Source: Victivallales bacterium Lenti_02
Lineage (GTDB): Bacteria > Verrucomicrobiota > Lentisphaeria > Oligosphaerales > Lenti-02
NCBI GenBank assembly: GCA_001603055.1
Contig: LVAZ01000176.1
Coordinates: 1 to 34,369, forward strand
Length of the DNA: 34,369 bases
Reading direction: 5' to 3'
Shown here: in pieces, positions 34,107-34,369 of the stretch
How positions within the stretch are numbered: position 1 is the stretch's first letter
Layout: each line of letters begins with the position of its first letter
Made by a program: the position numbers and the translations under genes
The notes under the pieces: generated by a model
Database searches by the model: none
What the model saw: the letters and a program-made list of their open reading frames with translations, nothing else
Told to the model about the DNA's origin: nothing

Positions 34107-34369
34107 ATGAACCGACGCAATGGCCTCATCTACCTGCTTCTGCTCGTCGTCTGGCTGGCGCTGGTGGCGTTGCAGATGGCCGAGCATCGCGGCTTCGAGC
34201 GTTCCAGCCGGGAGTCCCTGCTGCGCCATGCCCGCGACCTGTCCAACTCCCTGGGCGTGGTTATCCGTTCGCAGCGGCGTTTCGGCACGGTGCCGAAGAA
34301 CCGGCTGGAAGGCGCGTTGCAGGGACTGGCCGAGTCCCAGGAAATGCTGGGCATTGTGCTGTTCAACCC
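34107..34369 (+). CDS. membrane-anchored protein, N-terminal fragment (3' end outside window; possibly a sensor protein)
   Basis: GAGGAG lies 8 nt upstream of ATG 34107. The frame is open to the window end, reading MNRRNGLIYLLLLVVWLALVALQMAEH..., which is one TM helix followed by a soluble segment. The function is a guess. Confidence 0.4.
   Translation, partial: MNRRNGLIYLLLLVVWLALVALQMAEHRGFERSSRESLLRHARDLSNSLGVVIRSQRRFGTVPKNRLEGALQGLAESQEMLGIVLFN

Overview
High-GC (roughly two-thirds G+C by eye), densely coding bacterial chromosomal segment with no rRNA, tRNA, CRISPR or transposase signal. Two DUF1559/H-X9-DG prepilin-like proteins, a LamG-decorated exoenzyme and the style of the secretion operon suggest a PVC-superphylum organism (Kiritimatiellota, Lentisphaerota or Verrucomicrobiota-like). 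That placement is inference only.

Layout:
- 1-9.8 kb: a carbohydrate-type accessory cluster. It holds an AKR fragment, an unknown protein, prepilin-like protein 1, lipocalin Blc, a URO-D-family protein, an AraC regulator, a DegT aminotransferase, a phosphodiester glycosidase and a 911-aa LamG/Ig/TIM-like/LamG secreted protein.
- 9.8-12.1 kb: a visibly lower-GC patch with an orphan 295-aa helical protein, a 420-bp non-coding gap, prepilin-like protein 2 and a spacer carrying a C10 tract.
- 12.1-19.8 kb: housekeeping and mixed genes. These are a second URO-D-family protein, a metallophosphoesterase, GcvH coupled to an HI0933-type flavoprotein, an NAD-epimerase, an LMW phosphatase, an enolase-superfamily enzyme, small membrane proteins and a SpoU/TrmH methyltransferase.
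- 19.8-21.9 kb: a glutaminyl-tRNA synthetase carrying a C-terminal Trbp111/EMAP-like tRNA-binding domain.
- 22.0-34.1 kb: a complete type II secretion operon (E, F, G, H, I, J, K, L-like, M-like, C-like, D).

The secretion operon is the most interesting part:
- It is preceded by a sigma54-type promoter, with three copies of a 10-mer upstream in an enhancer-like arrangement.
- Its first gene encodes a secreted protein with a (Gly-Glu-Arg)x6 tandem repeat.
- Seven gene junctions are 4-nt ATGA overlaps.
- Six of the seven (pseudo)pilin-like N-termini in the window lack the canonical Gly at -1.
- The secretin is split into two same-frame ORFs by a single TAG. The downstream half has its own signal peptide, and the break falls inside an N-domain.

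Many long ORFs on the opposite strand or in alternate frames are high-GC shadow ORFs and were rejected.
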